A stretch of DNA of 64,000 nt from Candidatus Aenigmatarchaeota archaeon (GTDB lineage Archaea; Aenigmatarchaeota; Aenigmatarchaeia; PWEA01; JACQIF01): contig CP066684.1 of the NCBI GenBank assembly GCA_016432325.1, forward strand, positions 160,001-224,000. The letters are read 5' to 3'. The position numbers were made by a program, and so were the translations under genes. Below the pieces are notes generated by a model, which saw only the letters and a list, made by a program, of their open reading frames with translations, was not told the DNA's origin and ran no database searches. This document shows, in pieces, positions 20,035-29,740 of this stretch (position 1 is its first letter; each line of letters opens with the position of its first letter).

Positions 20035-21410
20035 CATTGGTACTTCGCTAATTTCGCGGCGAGTCCGGTGTAATTGCGCGGGGTTATCGCGTGCATCTTC
20101 GCCTTGGCCTCTTTTGAAATGTCAAGACCTTCTATGAAGTTGTGAATATCAACAGCCGTTATCTCCTTGCCGCGCGACATTCCCTTGAGCAGGTCGTACG
20201 CGTCGTCCCTTCCCTCCCTGCGAAGAATTGTTTGAAGGGCTTCCGTAACTACTTCAGGATGCGCGTCCAGTTCAGCCAATATCTTTGGTTCGTTGATGGT
20301 TATCTTCCCGAGGCCTTCCAGCATAGAGTCCCAGCCCAACCCTGTAGCACCGAGAGCTGGCCCGGCAAATCTCATGGTGACGCTGTCGGACAGGTCACGC
20401 TGGAGGCGCGATATCTGGAGTTTTTCACTGAGCCCTTTAAGAATCCAATTCGACGCGGTGAAAGCGCCCTCCGCCCTCTCGAATCTAATCGGATTTACCT
20501 TGTGAGGCATTGTGGAGGATCCGGTCTCTCCTTCTTTCGACTTCAATCCTACCCAATGGTCGCTGATGTAGCGCCACATGTCCTGCGCGTAGTTTATGCC
20601 GACGCGGTTGAGTCTGGCTACGTTGTCGAACACGCCTGCGAGGTTGTCGTGGGGCTCTATTTGGGTTGTCACGTAGTTCGGCACGAACTTGATCTTTTTG
20701 CCAGTCCCCAGTTCGTCCACGAAGTTGCGCGTGAAGCCCATCCAGTCCACATTCGGGTACGCTGCGACGTGCGCGTCGTAGCCCCCTGTCGCGCCGTTGA
20801 GCTTTACGGAAAGACGCGTCTCCTCGAGTTGCTTTAACTCGCTCTCCATGCGCCTGGCGAACACGTTGAACTCCTTGCCGACCGTCGTTGGTGAAGCAGG
20901 TTGGCCGTGCGTGCGCGCAAGCATCGGAAGGTCGGCGTACCTAACAGCAAACGATTCGGTTTCTTTTAGAACGTTGTGGGCCGCGGGAATTATGGCCTTC
21001 TCCAGAGCATCGCCGACCATGAGAGCGTAAGACGTGTTATTCACGTCTTCGGATGTCAGGCCGAAATGAAGCCAGCTCGTTACATCGGCCAAGGACGTCT
21101 TCTTGAGCCGCTCGCGCATGAACGTTTCGACGGCCTTGACGTCGTGGTCTGACACGGCTTCCAGTTCCTTGATTCTTCTGGAGTCGTCCAACGAGAGCTC
21201 TGCCAACGACATGAGCCGCTCGCACTCTTCTGGTGAGAATTCCCTCAAATCGGTCTGCGGGTGCTCGGATAGCCTTATCAAATATTCGGCTTCAACGCGT
21301 GTTCTGTAGCTTTGCAAACCCTTCTCGGAGAATATATTCCTCACTTTGGCGACAGTAGGTTTGTCAGCGTAGCGGCCGTCGAGAGGATCGAGCATTTCCA
21401 AAGAATGCAT
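20031..21410 (-). CDS. purB: adenylosuccinate lyase
   Basis: PLDGRY, HDVKAVE, HFGLTSED, RTHGQPA, GSSTMPHKVNP, SRLQRDL. Confidence 0.95.
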   Translation of the reverse strand: MHSLEMLDPLDGRYADKPTVAKVRNIFSEKGLQSYRTRVEAEYLIRLSEHPQTDLREFSPEECERLMSLAELSLDDSRRIKELEAVSDHDVKAVETFMRERLKKTSLADVTSWLHFGLTSEDVNNTSYALMVGDALEKAIIPAAHNVLKETESFAVRYADLPMLARTHGQPASPTTVGKEFNVFARRMESELKQLEETRLSVKLNGATGGYDAHVAAYPNVDWMGFTRNFVDELGTGKKIKFVPNYVTTQIEPHDNLAGVFDNVARLNRVGINYAQDMWRYISDHWVGLKSKEGETGSSTMPHKVNPIRFERAEGAFTASNWILKGLSEKLQISRLQRDLSDSVTMRFAGPALGATGLGWDSMLEGLGKITINEPKILAELDAHPEVVTEALQTILRREGRDDAYDLLKGMSRGKEITAVDIHNFIEGLDISKEAKAKMHAITPRNYTGLAAKLAKYQC

Positions 21411-21537
21411 GAGTCCTTACTGCTCACAAAAACTATAAATAAGCCTCAAGCGCGCGTACTTCGGTAAACAATTGTAAGCCCGAACAGCAAAACACAAGCT
21501 TAAAAGCGTGTGTTGCGTTATTCGCACAGGTAATTTC

Positions 21538-22062
21538 ATGTCAATAGCGGCTTCAGCGTACCAAGGAGATAAGAACATCGGACTCTGCGCAGACGTCGTG
21601 CGCGCGATGCAGAACACTCTTGATAACTATCTGGCGCAGCCTGTTGCGACCGTTGAATATGACACTATAGAGAAAGGAGGACCTGTGCACAAGACGCACG
21701 ATATAGAAACCCGCAGGGACGCCCTCATCTATGACCTTCAGACAGAGAATTTTGAGAACGATATGCCGCAAACTGAGTTCGGATGGAGATACGGTCTTGT
21801 GGCCGCGGACGTCATCGGCAAGATGTTCACCGAAGCGACAGGCGGCGTGCATAGAAATCCCTACGCGGTATTGAGACACTCGATGGCAGGTCAATGCAGG
21901 GAAGCTTTGTTGGAAACGGCCGGCCACGTGGGATTGCACTTCCGCGAGGCCATGGAAAACGTTCTCGAAAATCAGGATGCGTACGCTCACGTCGTGGACG
22001 TCTACCGAGACTCGTTGAGACCAAAACACTCGCGGCATCCCATAAAGGATAAGGGTAAATAG
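21538..22062 (+). CDS. hypothetical protein
   Basis: Long ORF filling the gap; no motif recognised. Confidence 0.55.
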   Translation: MSIAASAYQGDKNIGLCADVVRAMQNTLDNYLAQPVATVEYDTIEKGGPVHKTHDIETRRDALIYDLQTENFENDMPQTEFGWRYGLVAADVIGKMFTEATGGVHRNPYAVLRHSMAGQCREALLETAGHVGLHFREAMENVLENQDAYAHVVDVYRDSLRPKHSRHPIKDKGK

Positions 22063-22082
22063 TACACTTGTCCAATCTTTCC

Positions 22083-23630
22083 ATGTTCGTGACTCATCCT
22101 CTGATTAAGCCCGAATCCGTCGAGCAGAGGCTCTATCAGGAGAACGTGCTCGCCACGGCCGTTTCCGCCAACACGCTGGTCGTGCTTCCGACAGGGCTCG
22201 GCAAAACGGCAGTAGCCGCGCTGCTCGCGGCGCACAGAATCAGCAAGAACGGCGGCAAGATTCTCGTACTCGCGCCGACGCGTCCGCTAGTCGAACAGCA
22301 CAAGCGTTCGTTCGCGCAGATCATGGAAGTCGCGGAAGGAGACATGGCCGTTTACACGGGGAAGATAGGACCCAAAGAGCGCAGGGAAGGCTACAAGAAT
22401 CACGTCATGATTTTCGCGACGCCGCAGGTTGTGCAGAACGATCTGATCGCAGGACGCCTCGACCTTTCGCAGTACACGCTTCTCGTGCTGGACGAATGCC
22501 ACCGCGGCATAGGAGACTACCCATATCCTTTCATAGCAGAGCTTTACATGCGTCGTGCGCACGCGCCGCGCATCCTCGGCCTTACGGCGTCTCCGGGCGC
22601 GACCAAGGAAAAGGTTGACGCAATATGCAAAGGCTTGCACATCGAGCGCGTTGAGATACGGACGGAAAGCGACGAGGATGTGCTTCCGTACGTGCAGAGC
22701 GTCCATACGCAGTGGATAGGCGTTGACCTGCCAAAGGAGTTTATCGAGGTGCAGGTGCTTCTCGACGAAGCACTCAAGCAGCGTTACGCGAAGCTGCGCG
22801 AGTGGGACTATCTCACAGGACCGTATGTGCGCAAGACCGACCTGCTTCGCCTGCAGATTCAGCTGAGAAAGGCCGCCGGCGGGCGGAAACCAGCGGCGTA
22901 TATTTTCTCCGCGATATCGCTCGTCGCCGAGGCGCTGAAGATAGAGCATGCGTTAGTTCTCCTGGAAACGCAGGGCGTGTCGCCGCTCCTGGAGTACTTC
23001 AAGCGCATGCGCGAGGCTGCGGAGAAGGGGAAAACAAAGGCCGTCAAACGCGTGATGCACGACGCGCGCATGGAAGCCGCGTTCCTGAAGACCTACGACC
23101 TCGTCGGTCGGCGCGTCGAGCATCCGAAACTGGCGGAGCTGCAGAAGATAGTCGAAAAGAAACTGAACGAGAATGATGGAACGAAGATAATCGTCTTCAC
23201 GCACTACCGCGATTCTGTCAAACAAGTTCTCAACACCCTGCGCGCTGTCAAGGGCTGCAAGCCTGTGGGTTTCGTCGGTCAGGCCGGGGACGGGGGTCTA
23301 GACCAGAGGACTCAGGTTGCAATTCTGCAGAAGTTCCGCGAGCTGCATTACAACGTTCTCGTTTGCACGTCAGTGGGAGAGGAAGGGCTGGACGTGCCGG
23401 CCGTCGATACGGTCGTCTTCTACGAGCCCGTGCCGTCGGAGATACGCTCGATTCAGAGGCGCGGTCGCACAGGCCGCCAGAAGGCCGGAGAGGTCGTGAT
23501 TCTGATGGCGCGCGACACCAGAGACGAAGGAATCTTCTGGTCCGCGCAGCACAAGGAGAAGAAGATGAAAGCGCTGCTCAAGAATATGCAGGGTCGTTCG
23601 GTGCAGACGAGTTTGACGGAGCTATTTTAG
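22083..23630 (+). CDS. Hef/FANCM-type SF2 helicase (helicase half only)
   Basis: HPLIK..RLYQ, PTGLGKT, DECH, LTASPG, HPKL, EEGLD, QRRGRTGR. Confidence 0.93.
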   Translation: MFVTHPLIKPESVEQRLYQENVLATAVSANTLVVLPTGLGKTAVAALLAAHRISKNGGKILVLAPTRPLVEQHKRSFAQIMEVAEGDMAVYTGKIGPKERREGYKNHVMIFATPQVVQNDLIAGRLDLSQYTLLVLDECHRGIGDYPYPFIAELYMRRAHAPRILGLTASPGATKEKVDAICKGLHIERVEIRTESDEDVLPYVQSVHTQWIGVDLPKEFIEVQVLLDEALKQRYAKLREWDYLTGPYVRKTDLLRLQIQLRKAAGGRKPAAYIFSAISLVAEALKIEHALVLLETQGVSPLLEYFKRMREAAEKGKTKAVKRVMHDARMEAAFLKTYDLVGRRVEHPKLAELQKIVEKKLNENDGTKIIVFTHYRDSVKQVLNTLRAVKGCKPVGFVGQAGDGGLDQRTQVAILQKFRELHYNVLVCTSVGEEGLDVPAVDTVVFYEPVPSEIRSIQRRGRTGRQKAGEVVILMARDTRDEGIFWSAQHKEKKMKALLKNMQGRSVQTSLTELF

Positions 23631-23663
23631 TTTGTAGAGCTGTACCGGGAAAACCGCCAATAT

Positions 23664-23795
23664 TCAATCCGCCGCTTCCATCTCTGTCCCGCATCTGGGG
23701 CACTTGCCGGATGCGTGCTCAAGATGGCCGCATTTGGGACACTCGTAATGTCCTTTGTGATCGCCGGGCGTCTCGTCGATGAAGTCATCGGGCAT
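23664..23795 (-). CDS. zinc-finger microprotein, 43 aa
   Basis: MPDDFIDETPGDHKGHYECPKCGHLEHASGKCPRCGTEMEAAD; two CPxCG motifs. Confidence 0.75.
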   Translation of the reverse strand: MPDDFIDETPGDHKGHYECPKCGHLEHASGKCPRCGTEMEAAD

Positions 23796-23801
23796 ACGCG
23801 T

Positions 23802-23936
23802 CTACTCTTCGCCTTCGAAGACTTCCTCTTCTGTATCTTCTTCCATGGTCTCTTCGTCCTTCTGCTCTACCATGGGCTTGCCGCAGTGCTTGCCCGTTTT
23901 CTCCGACTCGTATCCGCATTCGTTGCAGACGTACAT
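23802..23936 (-). CDS. zinc-finger microprotein with acidic tail, 44 aa
   Basis: RBS AGGTGA; MYVCNECGYESEKTGKHCGKPMVEQKDEETMEEDTEEEVFEGEE. Confidence 0.75.
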   Translation of the reverse strand: MYVCNECGYESEKTGKHCGKPMVEQKDEETMEEDTEEEVFEGEE

Positions 23937-24006
23937 CGCATCACCTACGGCGTAAAGGGAGAACCAGAATATAAGGCTTTATAACGATTGGCGGGCGTCT
24001 ATCGTC

Positions 24007-24702
24007 ATGCCATCCCAGTCCATTCTCAAACCGGAAAACAAAGTGCTGATCTTCGCAGACAACCGTGAGTTCGCCTCCAAGGTAGTCCGTGAGCTCGCCC
24101 TTATGGACTGCATCGTGCAGCCGCAGCAGCTCGCTGTCGCGGACTTCATACTATCCGACCGCGTCGGCGTGGAACGCAAGACGACCGCCGACTTCGTTTC
24201 CTCCGTTTTTGACCAGCGCCTGTTCGAGCAGATAAGGAACCTGAAGAACTCGTACGAAAAACCCATCCTGATAATCGAGGGAGTGGACGTCTACGGCGAG
24301 CGCAACGTGCATCCGAACAGCATACGCGGCGCGCTTGCGTCGATAGCGATAGACTACGCCGTTCCCATACTGTGGACGCAGGATGAGGCCGAGACGGCAG
24401 GGATGCTTTTCTGGATAGCCAAGCGCGAACAGCTGGACCTTGGACGGCCTGTGGCGATACGCGCAGAGAAGAGGCGCACGACGCTTTCAGAGCACCAGGA
24501 GTTCCTCGTGGCCGGGCTGCCTGACGTGAACCGCGTTCGCGCGCGTGCGCTGCTCGAGCACCTCAGGACTCCGGAGAAGCTGTTCCGCGCCTCTGAGGAG
24601 CGTTTGCAGAAGGTCGGGGGCATAGGCCCGGTTCTCGCTAGGCGCATAAGAGAGGTCCTGACATCCGAATACGCGCCTGCTGAAGGCTCGAAAAAGGCTT
24701 AA
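24007..24702 (+). CDS. ERCC4/XPF structure-specific nuclease with HhH motifs
   Basis: ADNRE, ADF, VERKTTADF, RLFEQ, LIIEG, C-terminal HhH (GGIGP). Confidence 0.92.
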   Translation: MPSQSILKPENKVLIFADNREFASKVVRELALMDCIVQPQQLAVADFILSDRVGVERKTTADFVSSVFDQRLFEQIRNLKNSYEKPILIIEGVDVYGERNVHPNSIRGALASIAIDYAVPILWTQDEAETAGMLFWIAKREQLDLGRPVAIRAEKRRTTLSEHQEFLVAGLPDVNRVRARALLEHLRTPEKLFRASEERLQKVGGIGPVLARRIREVLTSEYAPAEGSKKA

Positions 24703-24737
24703 ATAAAGAGAGGGCGGATTAGAAGCCGAGTGTACAT

Positions 24738-25316
24738 ATGGACGCCAAGATTATGTTCGCCCAGGCCTTCGGGACGGGCAACGAGATAAGCACGCTCGTC
24801 CAGAGCGAGTTCTTCGCGTACGCGCTGCCGTTCCTGTTCGCTTTTGCGGTGGTTTACGGTCTGCTGAGCCACGTCGGCGAGAAGGGTCTGCCGGAGGACA
24901 AGCACTCGCGCGTGGTTATTGCTCTTGCTTCTGGATTCCTTGTATTGCCGATTGCGCCCAGCTTGGTAGGAATACTCAGCACGGTGTCGAGCGGGCTTGT
25001 GGTTGGCGTTGGAGCACTCCTGATTCTCGTAATACTATTCGAACTACTTGGTGTACGCTCAAGTAAGAAGGTGCCTGTCCTCGAGGGAGGCAAGCACGTT
25101 GGATACCAAGACATCCCAATGTCTATCTTCGAAGCACACAATAAGATGTTCTTGGCGCTCCTTGCTATAATAGCCGTTTTGATATTCGCAAACGCCGGAT
25201 GGTTCTCGGCTCTGGGTCTGCCCACACCAGACTTCCTGTTTAACTCGCCGCTAATCCTTTTCGTTATATTCATGATTGCGATAGTAGCGTGGGTTAGCCG
25301 AGGGGAGCAAACATGA
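24738..25316 (+). CDS. hypothetical membrane protein (paralog 1)
   Basis: SEFFAYALPFLFAFAVVYGLL; about 5 TM. Confidence 0.75.
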   Translation: MDAKIMFAQAFGTGNEISTLVQSEFFAYALPFLFAFAVVYGLLSHVGEKGLPEDKHSRVVIALASGFLVLPIAPSLVGILSTVSSGLVVGVGALLILVILFELLGVRSSKKVPVLEGGKHVGYQDIPMSIFEAHNKMFLALLAIIAVLIFANAGWFSALGLPTPDFLFNSPLILFVIFMIAIVAWVSRGEQT

Positions 25317-25879
25317 TAGGAGCTTTGTTGCTTCAGATACCTGTCGGGGTTGGAAGCGAGATAAGACAATTTACGCAGAGCGAGTTCTTCGTCTTTGTAA
25401 TCCCGTTCCTTCTCTCTTTCGCTATTGTCTACGGCTTTCTGGGCCACGCGAAGGTTCCCAAGGACCCGCAGATACGGGCGGTAATATCTCTGCTTGTCGG
25501 ATTGCTTACCCTGCCGGCGGCACCTATCCTTGTTGGATTCCTCACGCCTCTCTCTGGAAGCCTGCTCGTGCTGATAGGAGGACTGCTCGTTTTAATAATC
25601 ATGCTGGAGATGCTCGGCCTCGGCTCTAAAGGGAAGTCTTACATAGAAAAAACCAAGGAAGGCGTCAGTCTTAAATCCTTGCCAGGCAGCGGTCTGTTCC
25701 AGCGTCATGGCACAGGATTCGCAATTATAATGATTGCCGCGGCATTGCTAATCTTCTTCAACGCCGGCGGCCTGAACCTGCTGGGCTTCCAGACGCCTGG
25801 CGTGTTCCTCAACGCCCCTCTGATATTCTTCCTGATAGTAATCTTCCTGGTAGTCTACTTCGTTTCTCTGAAAGAATGA
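25313..25879 (+). CDS. hypothetical membrane protein (paralog 2)
   Basis: SEFFVFVIPFLLSFAIVYGFL; colinear with paralog 1. Confidence 0.75.
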   Translation: MIGALLLQIPVGVGSEIRQFTQSEFFVFVIPFLLSFAIVYGFLGHAKVPKDPQIRAVISLLVGLLTLPAAPILVGFLTPLSGSLLVLIGGLLVLIIMLEMLGLGSKGKSYIEKTKEGVSLKSLPGSGLFQRHGTGFAIIMIAAALLIFFNAGGLNLLGFQTPGVFLNAPLIFFLIVIFLVVYFVSLKE

Positions 25880-25883
25880 GCGC

Positions 25884-26672
25884 CTAGCCCATCGCATATC
25901 CGTTCCTGTTCCAGTGGTTGTCTATCCACAGGCGGGCTCTCTGTTGTTTGTCGTAGTCCAGTGAAACATGACCTTCTGAAATGAGTTCGACTGCTTTGAC
26001 GAACGCAGGAACGTCGCACAGGCGTTTCATCTTCTCCTGGTGAGCCGCGGCGAACGCTTCCAGACTCGATTCGTGGTTGAATATCTCTTCTGTCATTCCT
26101 TCCACAGGCAGCGCTTTCGAGCGCACGAGTATCGGGCCCTGGTCGGGCTCCTCGCTCATCAGATGAATCGTTGAGCGCGTCTCGTTTTCGCCTGCTCTCA
26201 GAGCCTTCAGCACAGCACGGTCTCCTGTGTACTTCCTACTGCCGTGTTCGTCCGTAGAGGCCAAGTCGGCCGGATGCACGTTGAAGACAGGGAAGCGTTT
26301 TATTACCGGCGCCGTCAGCTTCTTCATGTAACCGGACGCGATGATTATGTCTGTTTTGAACCGCTCAACTTCCATCAAGTCATCGAGAAGTAGTGTGCCC
26401 GCCCTGTCGAACAGACGCCGCGTATCCATATCCTTCAGGTTCGGCTGGTCGCTGTTGGCGTAGAACTTTTCCATGTCATTGACGATAACGGGTATTTCGT
26501 GCGATTCGAACCATCCGAGCGCTCCGGCCTTCGAATTGTCTGTATAGCCCGCTTTCAGAGGCCAGCGTTCGTGGATTGCTTTAGCGCTCGACGCGCCTCC
26601 GCTGAAAAAGGCGACGATGCCTATGTCTTCAGGTTTTCCAGAATAGATTGCGTGCTGCTCGTGAGCCTGCAT
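25884..26672 (-). CDS. purN: phosphoribosylglycinamide formyltransferase-like protein
   Basis: FFSGGAS, SGYMK, NVHPADL, STIH..DQGPI; adjacent to purL. Confidence 0.8.
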   Translation of the reverse strand: MQAHEQHAIYSGKPEDIGIVAFFSGGASSAKAIHERWPLKAGYTDNSKAGALGWFESHEIPVIVNDMEKFYANSDQPNLKDMDTRRLFDRAGTLLLDDLMEVERFKTDIIIASGYMKKLTAPVIKRFPVFNVHPADLASTDEHGSRKYTGDRAVLKALRAGENETRSTIHLMSEEPDQGPILVRSKALPVEGMTEEIFNHESSLEAFAAAHQEKMKRLCDVPAFVKAVELISEGHVSLDYDKQQRARLWIDNHWNRNGYAMG

Positions 26673-26725
26673 GCAGATACGAACGAGTCGAAAGTATATA
26701 TCCTTTCGGTGCGCACGTGCGTTCG

Positions 26726-29700
26726 ATGGCCGTTTCTGTCATACAAGTGGGGTACAAGGCAGACCAGCGCGACCCTGACGGGGAAAAGACGCTGCGCGAG
26801 TTGCGCAACGCGGGTTTGCGTGTCGAAGACGTCCGCGTGCTCAAGAACTATCGAATCGAGTCAGACCTGCTACAGGACGAACTCGAGCGCCTCACGCGTG
26901 GACTGTTCTTGGATCCTATAGCACAGCAGGTCTCTCTCAACGAACCTCTTGACGTGCCCGCTGACGCAGCCGTAGAGGTCGCATTCAAGGGGGGTGTGAC
27001 GGATAGGGAAGGCCGCACGGCGCAAGAAGCCATCTCGGACTTTCTCGGCAGGTCGTTTGAAGGGAAGGTATACACATCAGCAGAATATCTTCTCAGAGGA
27101 GGTTTAACAGACGCTGAACTCGAACGCGCCTCCTCGATGCTGCACAATTCGCGGATAAAGGATGCCACGGTAACGCGCACACGGGAACTGAGAACCGCCG
27201 TGCCGCATGTTGACGGCGCCCATGAGATACGCGTGGATACAGTAGACCTCAACGTATCAGACGAACAGTTATTGTCCATAAGCAAACGCGGCACCCTCTC
27301 TCTTGATTTGAAAGAAATGAAAACAATGCAGGAGCACTTCGTGAGACCAGCAATCGTCCAGGAGCGCGTCTCCATGGGCTTCCCTGTCGCGCCCACTGCC
27401 GCAGAAATCGAGATACTCGCGCAGACGTGGTCCGAACACTGCAAACACAAGATATTCAACGCCGTGGTCGATTACACGAATCTGGATACGGGCGAATCAC
27501 GTACCATAGACAGCCTCTTTGAGACATGCATCAAAGGGCCGACAGAACGCGCGATGAAGCGCGGACGCACGCCGATAGTCGTCGCATTCAAGGACAACGC
27601 AGGCATCGCAACGTTCAACAAGGGCTGGAACTACTGCGAAAAATTTGAGTCGCACAACCACCCGTCCGGCTTGGACGGGTACGGTGGCTCGATGACAGGG
27701 CTTAACGGAGTTCAGAGAGACATATTAGGAGCCGGTCTAGGCGCTAAGCTGATAAGCGGACATTTTGCCTACCATTTGGGCCCCCTGGACTACGAAGGCC
27801 CACTCAAATCGAGGTTCCACCCAAGGGATCTTCTGTCCGCCATCCATAAAGGAGTCGTGGACGCCGGAAACCAGACGGGCATCCCAACCACGAACGGTTC
27901 TGTCCGCACGGACCTCGGTTGGCTCGGTAAACCGGGCGTTCTTGTCGGCGCCAGAGGAATAATGCCTGCAGAGATAAACGGCCGACCGAGCCACCTTAAG
28001 GAAATCAGACCGGGTTACGCTGCTATCATGATTGGTGGTCGCGTCGGCAGGGACGGCATACACGGCGCGACAGCGTCCAGCGGTGGTCTGCATAAGGAGT
28101 CGCCGACATCGTCTGTCCAGCTCGGGGATCCGATAGTGCAGAAGAGGGAAATGGACCTCCAGATGGAAGCCCGTGATAGAGGCTACTATACGGGTGTCAC
28201 AGACTGCGGTGCTGGCGGTCTTAGCTCGAGCATTGGCGAGACAGCGCAGCTTAGCGGAGGAGCAGAAGTTGACACAAGTGTCGTGCCCCTAAAGCACGGG
28301 TTCCTTCAGCCAGATGAGACTATCGTTTCTGAATCCCAAGAACGCATGGTGGTAGCTGCTCCTCGGGAGAATGTGCCGGCCTTCCTCGAACTCTCGCGAA
28401 AGAGACATGTCGAATCCACGGTGGTCGGCAAATACACAAACACAGGCAAGTTCCACGTCCACCATGGAGGCAGGCCTGTCGCGTATCTGGACATGGAGTT
28501 CCTGCACAACGGCGCGCCGCGCAAGCGACTTGAGGCAGAATGGAGAAAGCCAGTCAACCCGGAGCCGAGGTTCGCCCGTTCTTCGGGGAGGCGGCTTGAC
28601 GAGGAACTATTGATGCTCATGTCAAGACCCAATCTCGCCAGCATAGAGGTGCTCATGCGTCAGTACGATCACGAGGTTCAGGGCGGCAGCGTCATCAAAC
28701 CCTTCGTTGGTAAGAATCGAGACGTCGCGAGCGACGCTGTCGTGCAGAGGCCTCTTCTGGATTCGATGGAGGGTCTTGCTTTCAGTCAGGGAAGCAACCC
28801 AGACCTGAGCCGTATCGACACGTATCACATGGCTACGAACGCGATGGACGAGGCTGTACGGCGCGTCGTGGCCGTGGGCGCTCCTCTCAGGCGGCGCGAC
28901 GGCAAGGATAATATTCTGGTCAACGACAACTTCTTCTGGCCTTCGCCACTCTTCGACGCCAAGAATAACCCGGATGGTAAGTACAAGATGGCCCAACTCG
29001 TCAGGGCGAACGAAGGTCTCGCCGCTTATGCGCAGTCAATGGGCGTTTGGCCATTTTCAGGAAAGGACAGCATGTCAATGGATAGCGAACACGACGACGG
29101 AACAGGAAAGATAACAAAGGTTTCGGGCTTGCCAATGCTCCTCATCTCAGCCAGCGCCAAGGTCGAGGACGTGCGCGACTGCGTGACAATGGACTTCAAA
29201 CAGAAAGGCGATGTGGTTTACATTGTCGGCAAGACAGACGGCCGGATGGGCGCGTCAGAGTTTGCGTTGATGAACAGCGAGAATGCTATAGGCAACGATG
29301 TTCCAGAGGTTAACTTCCGCACGTCCAGGCGCACTTACGCGCGAACGCACGACGCGATAGCTCGCGGGCTCGTAAGCTCTGTTCACGGCTGTTACAAAGG
29401 AGGTTTGGCTGCTGCGCTCGCGCAGAGCGCAATTGGCGGCGATTGCGGCGTGTCGGTAGATATCGGTTCCTATGCGGATGTCTGCGGTACCACAGATGTC
29501 GAGACGCTCTTTGCAGAGACGCCTTCGCGTTTCGTGGTCAGCGTCTCGCAGGAGCGTGCCAGAGCGTTCGAGCGTCTCATGGGACCCGTTACGGCTGCGA
29601 AGATAGGGCATGTGAATGGAGGGGCCAGATCGGTGGACGTGAGCTTCTATGGGCGTCATATCATAGAAACGGAGACGCAAGAGTTGCGAGACGCATCCAA

Positions 29701-29740
29701 ATCGACATTCAAGAGTTGGGAGTATGAACCGAAAGCCTAG
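26726..29740 (+). CDS. purL: FGAM synthase synthetase subunit with N-terminal PurS-like region
   Basis: QTWSEHCKHK, DNAG, ESHNHPS, DGIHGAT, DCGAGGL, SESQER, QYDHEV, SGKDS. Confidence 0.93.
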   Translation: MAVSVIQVGYKADQRDPDGEKTLRELRNAGLRVEDVRVLKNYRIESDLLQDELERLTRGLFLDPIAQQVSLNEPLDVPADAAVEVAFKGGVTDREGRTAQEAISDFLGRSFEGKVYTSAEYLLRGGLTDAELERASSMLHNSRIKDATVTRTRELRTAVPHVDGAHEIRVDTVDLNVSDEQLLSISKRGTLSLDLKEMKTMQEHFVRPAIVQERVSMGFPVAPTAAEIEILAQTWSEHCKHKIFNAVVDYTNLDTGESRTIDSLFETCIKGPTERAMKRGRTPIVVAFKDNAGIATFNKGWNYCEKFESHNHPSGLDGYGGSMTGLNGVQRDILGAGLGAKLISGHFAYHLGPLDYEGPLKSRFHPRDLLSAIHKGVVDAGNQTGIPTTNGSVRTDLGWLGKPGVLVGARGIMPAEINGRPSHLKEIRPGYAAIMIGGRVGRDGIHGATASSGGLHKESPTSSVQLGDPIVQKREMDLQMEARDRGYYTGVTDCGAGGLSSSIGETAQLSGGAEVDTSVVPLKHGFLQPDETIVSESQERMVVAAPRENVPAFLELSRKRHVESTVVGKYTNTGKFHVHHGGRPVAYLDMEFLHNGAPRKRLEAEWRKPVNPEPRFARSSGRRLDEELLMLMSRPNLASIEVLMRQYDHEVQGGSVIKPFVGKNRDVASDAVVQRPLLDSMEGLAFSQGSNPDLSRIDTYHMATNAMDEAVRRVVAVGAPLRRRDGKDNILVNDNFFWPSPLFDAKNNPDGKYKMAQLVRANEGLAAYAQSMGVWPFSGKDSMSMDSEHDDGTGKITKVSGLPMLLISASAKVEDVRDCVTMDFKQKGDVVYIVGKTDGRMGASEFALMNSENAIGNDVPEVNFRTSRRTYARTHDAIARGLVSSVHGCYKGGLAAALAQSAIGGDCGVSVDIGSYADVCGTTDVETLFAETPSRFVVSVSQERARAFERLMGPVTAAKIGHVNGGARSVDVSFYGRHIIETETQELRDASKSTFKSWEYEPKA

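Noticed and set aside
23715-23984. 89-aa hydrophobic plus-strand ORF
   Set aside because: Shadow of two minus-strand zinc-finger microgenes with clear motifs
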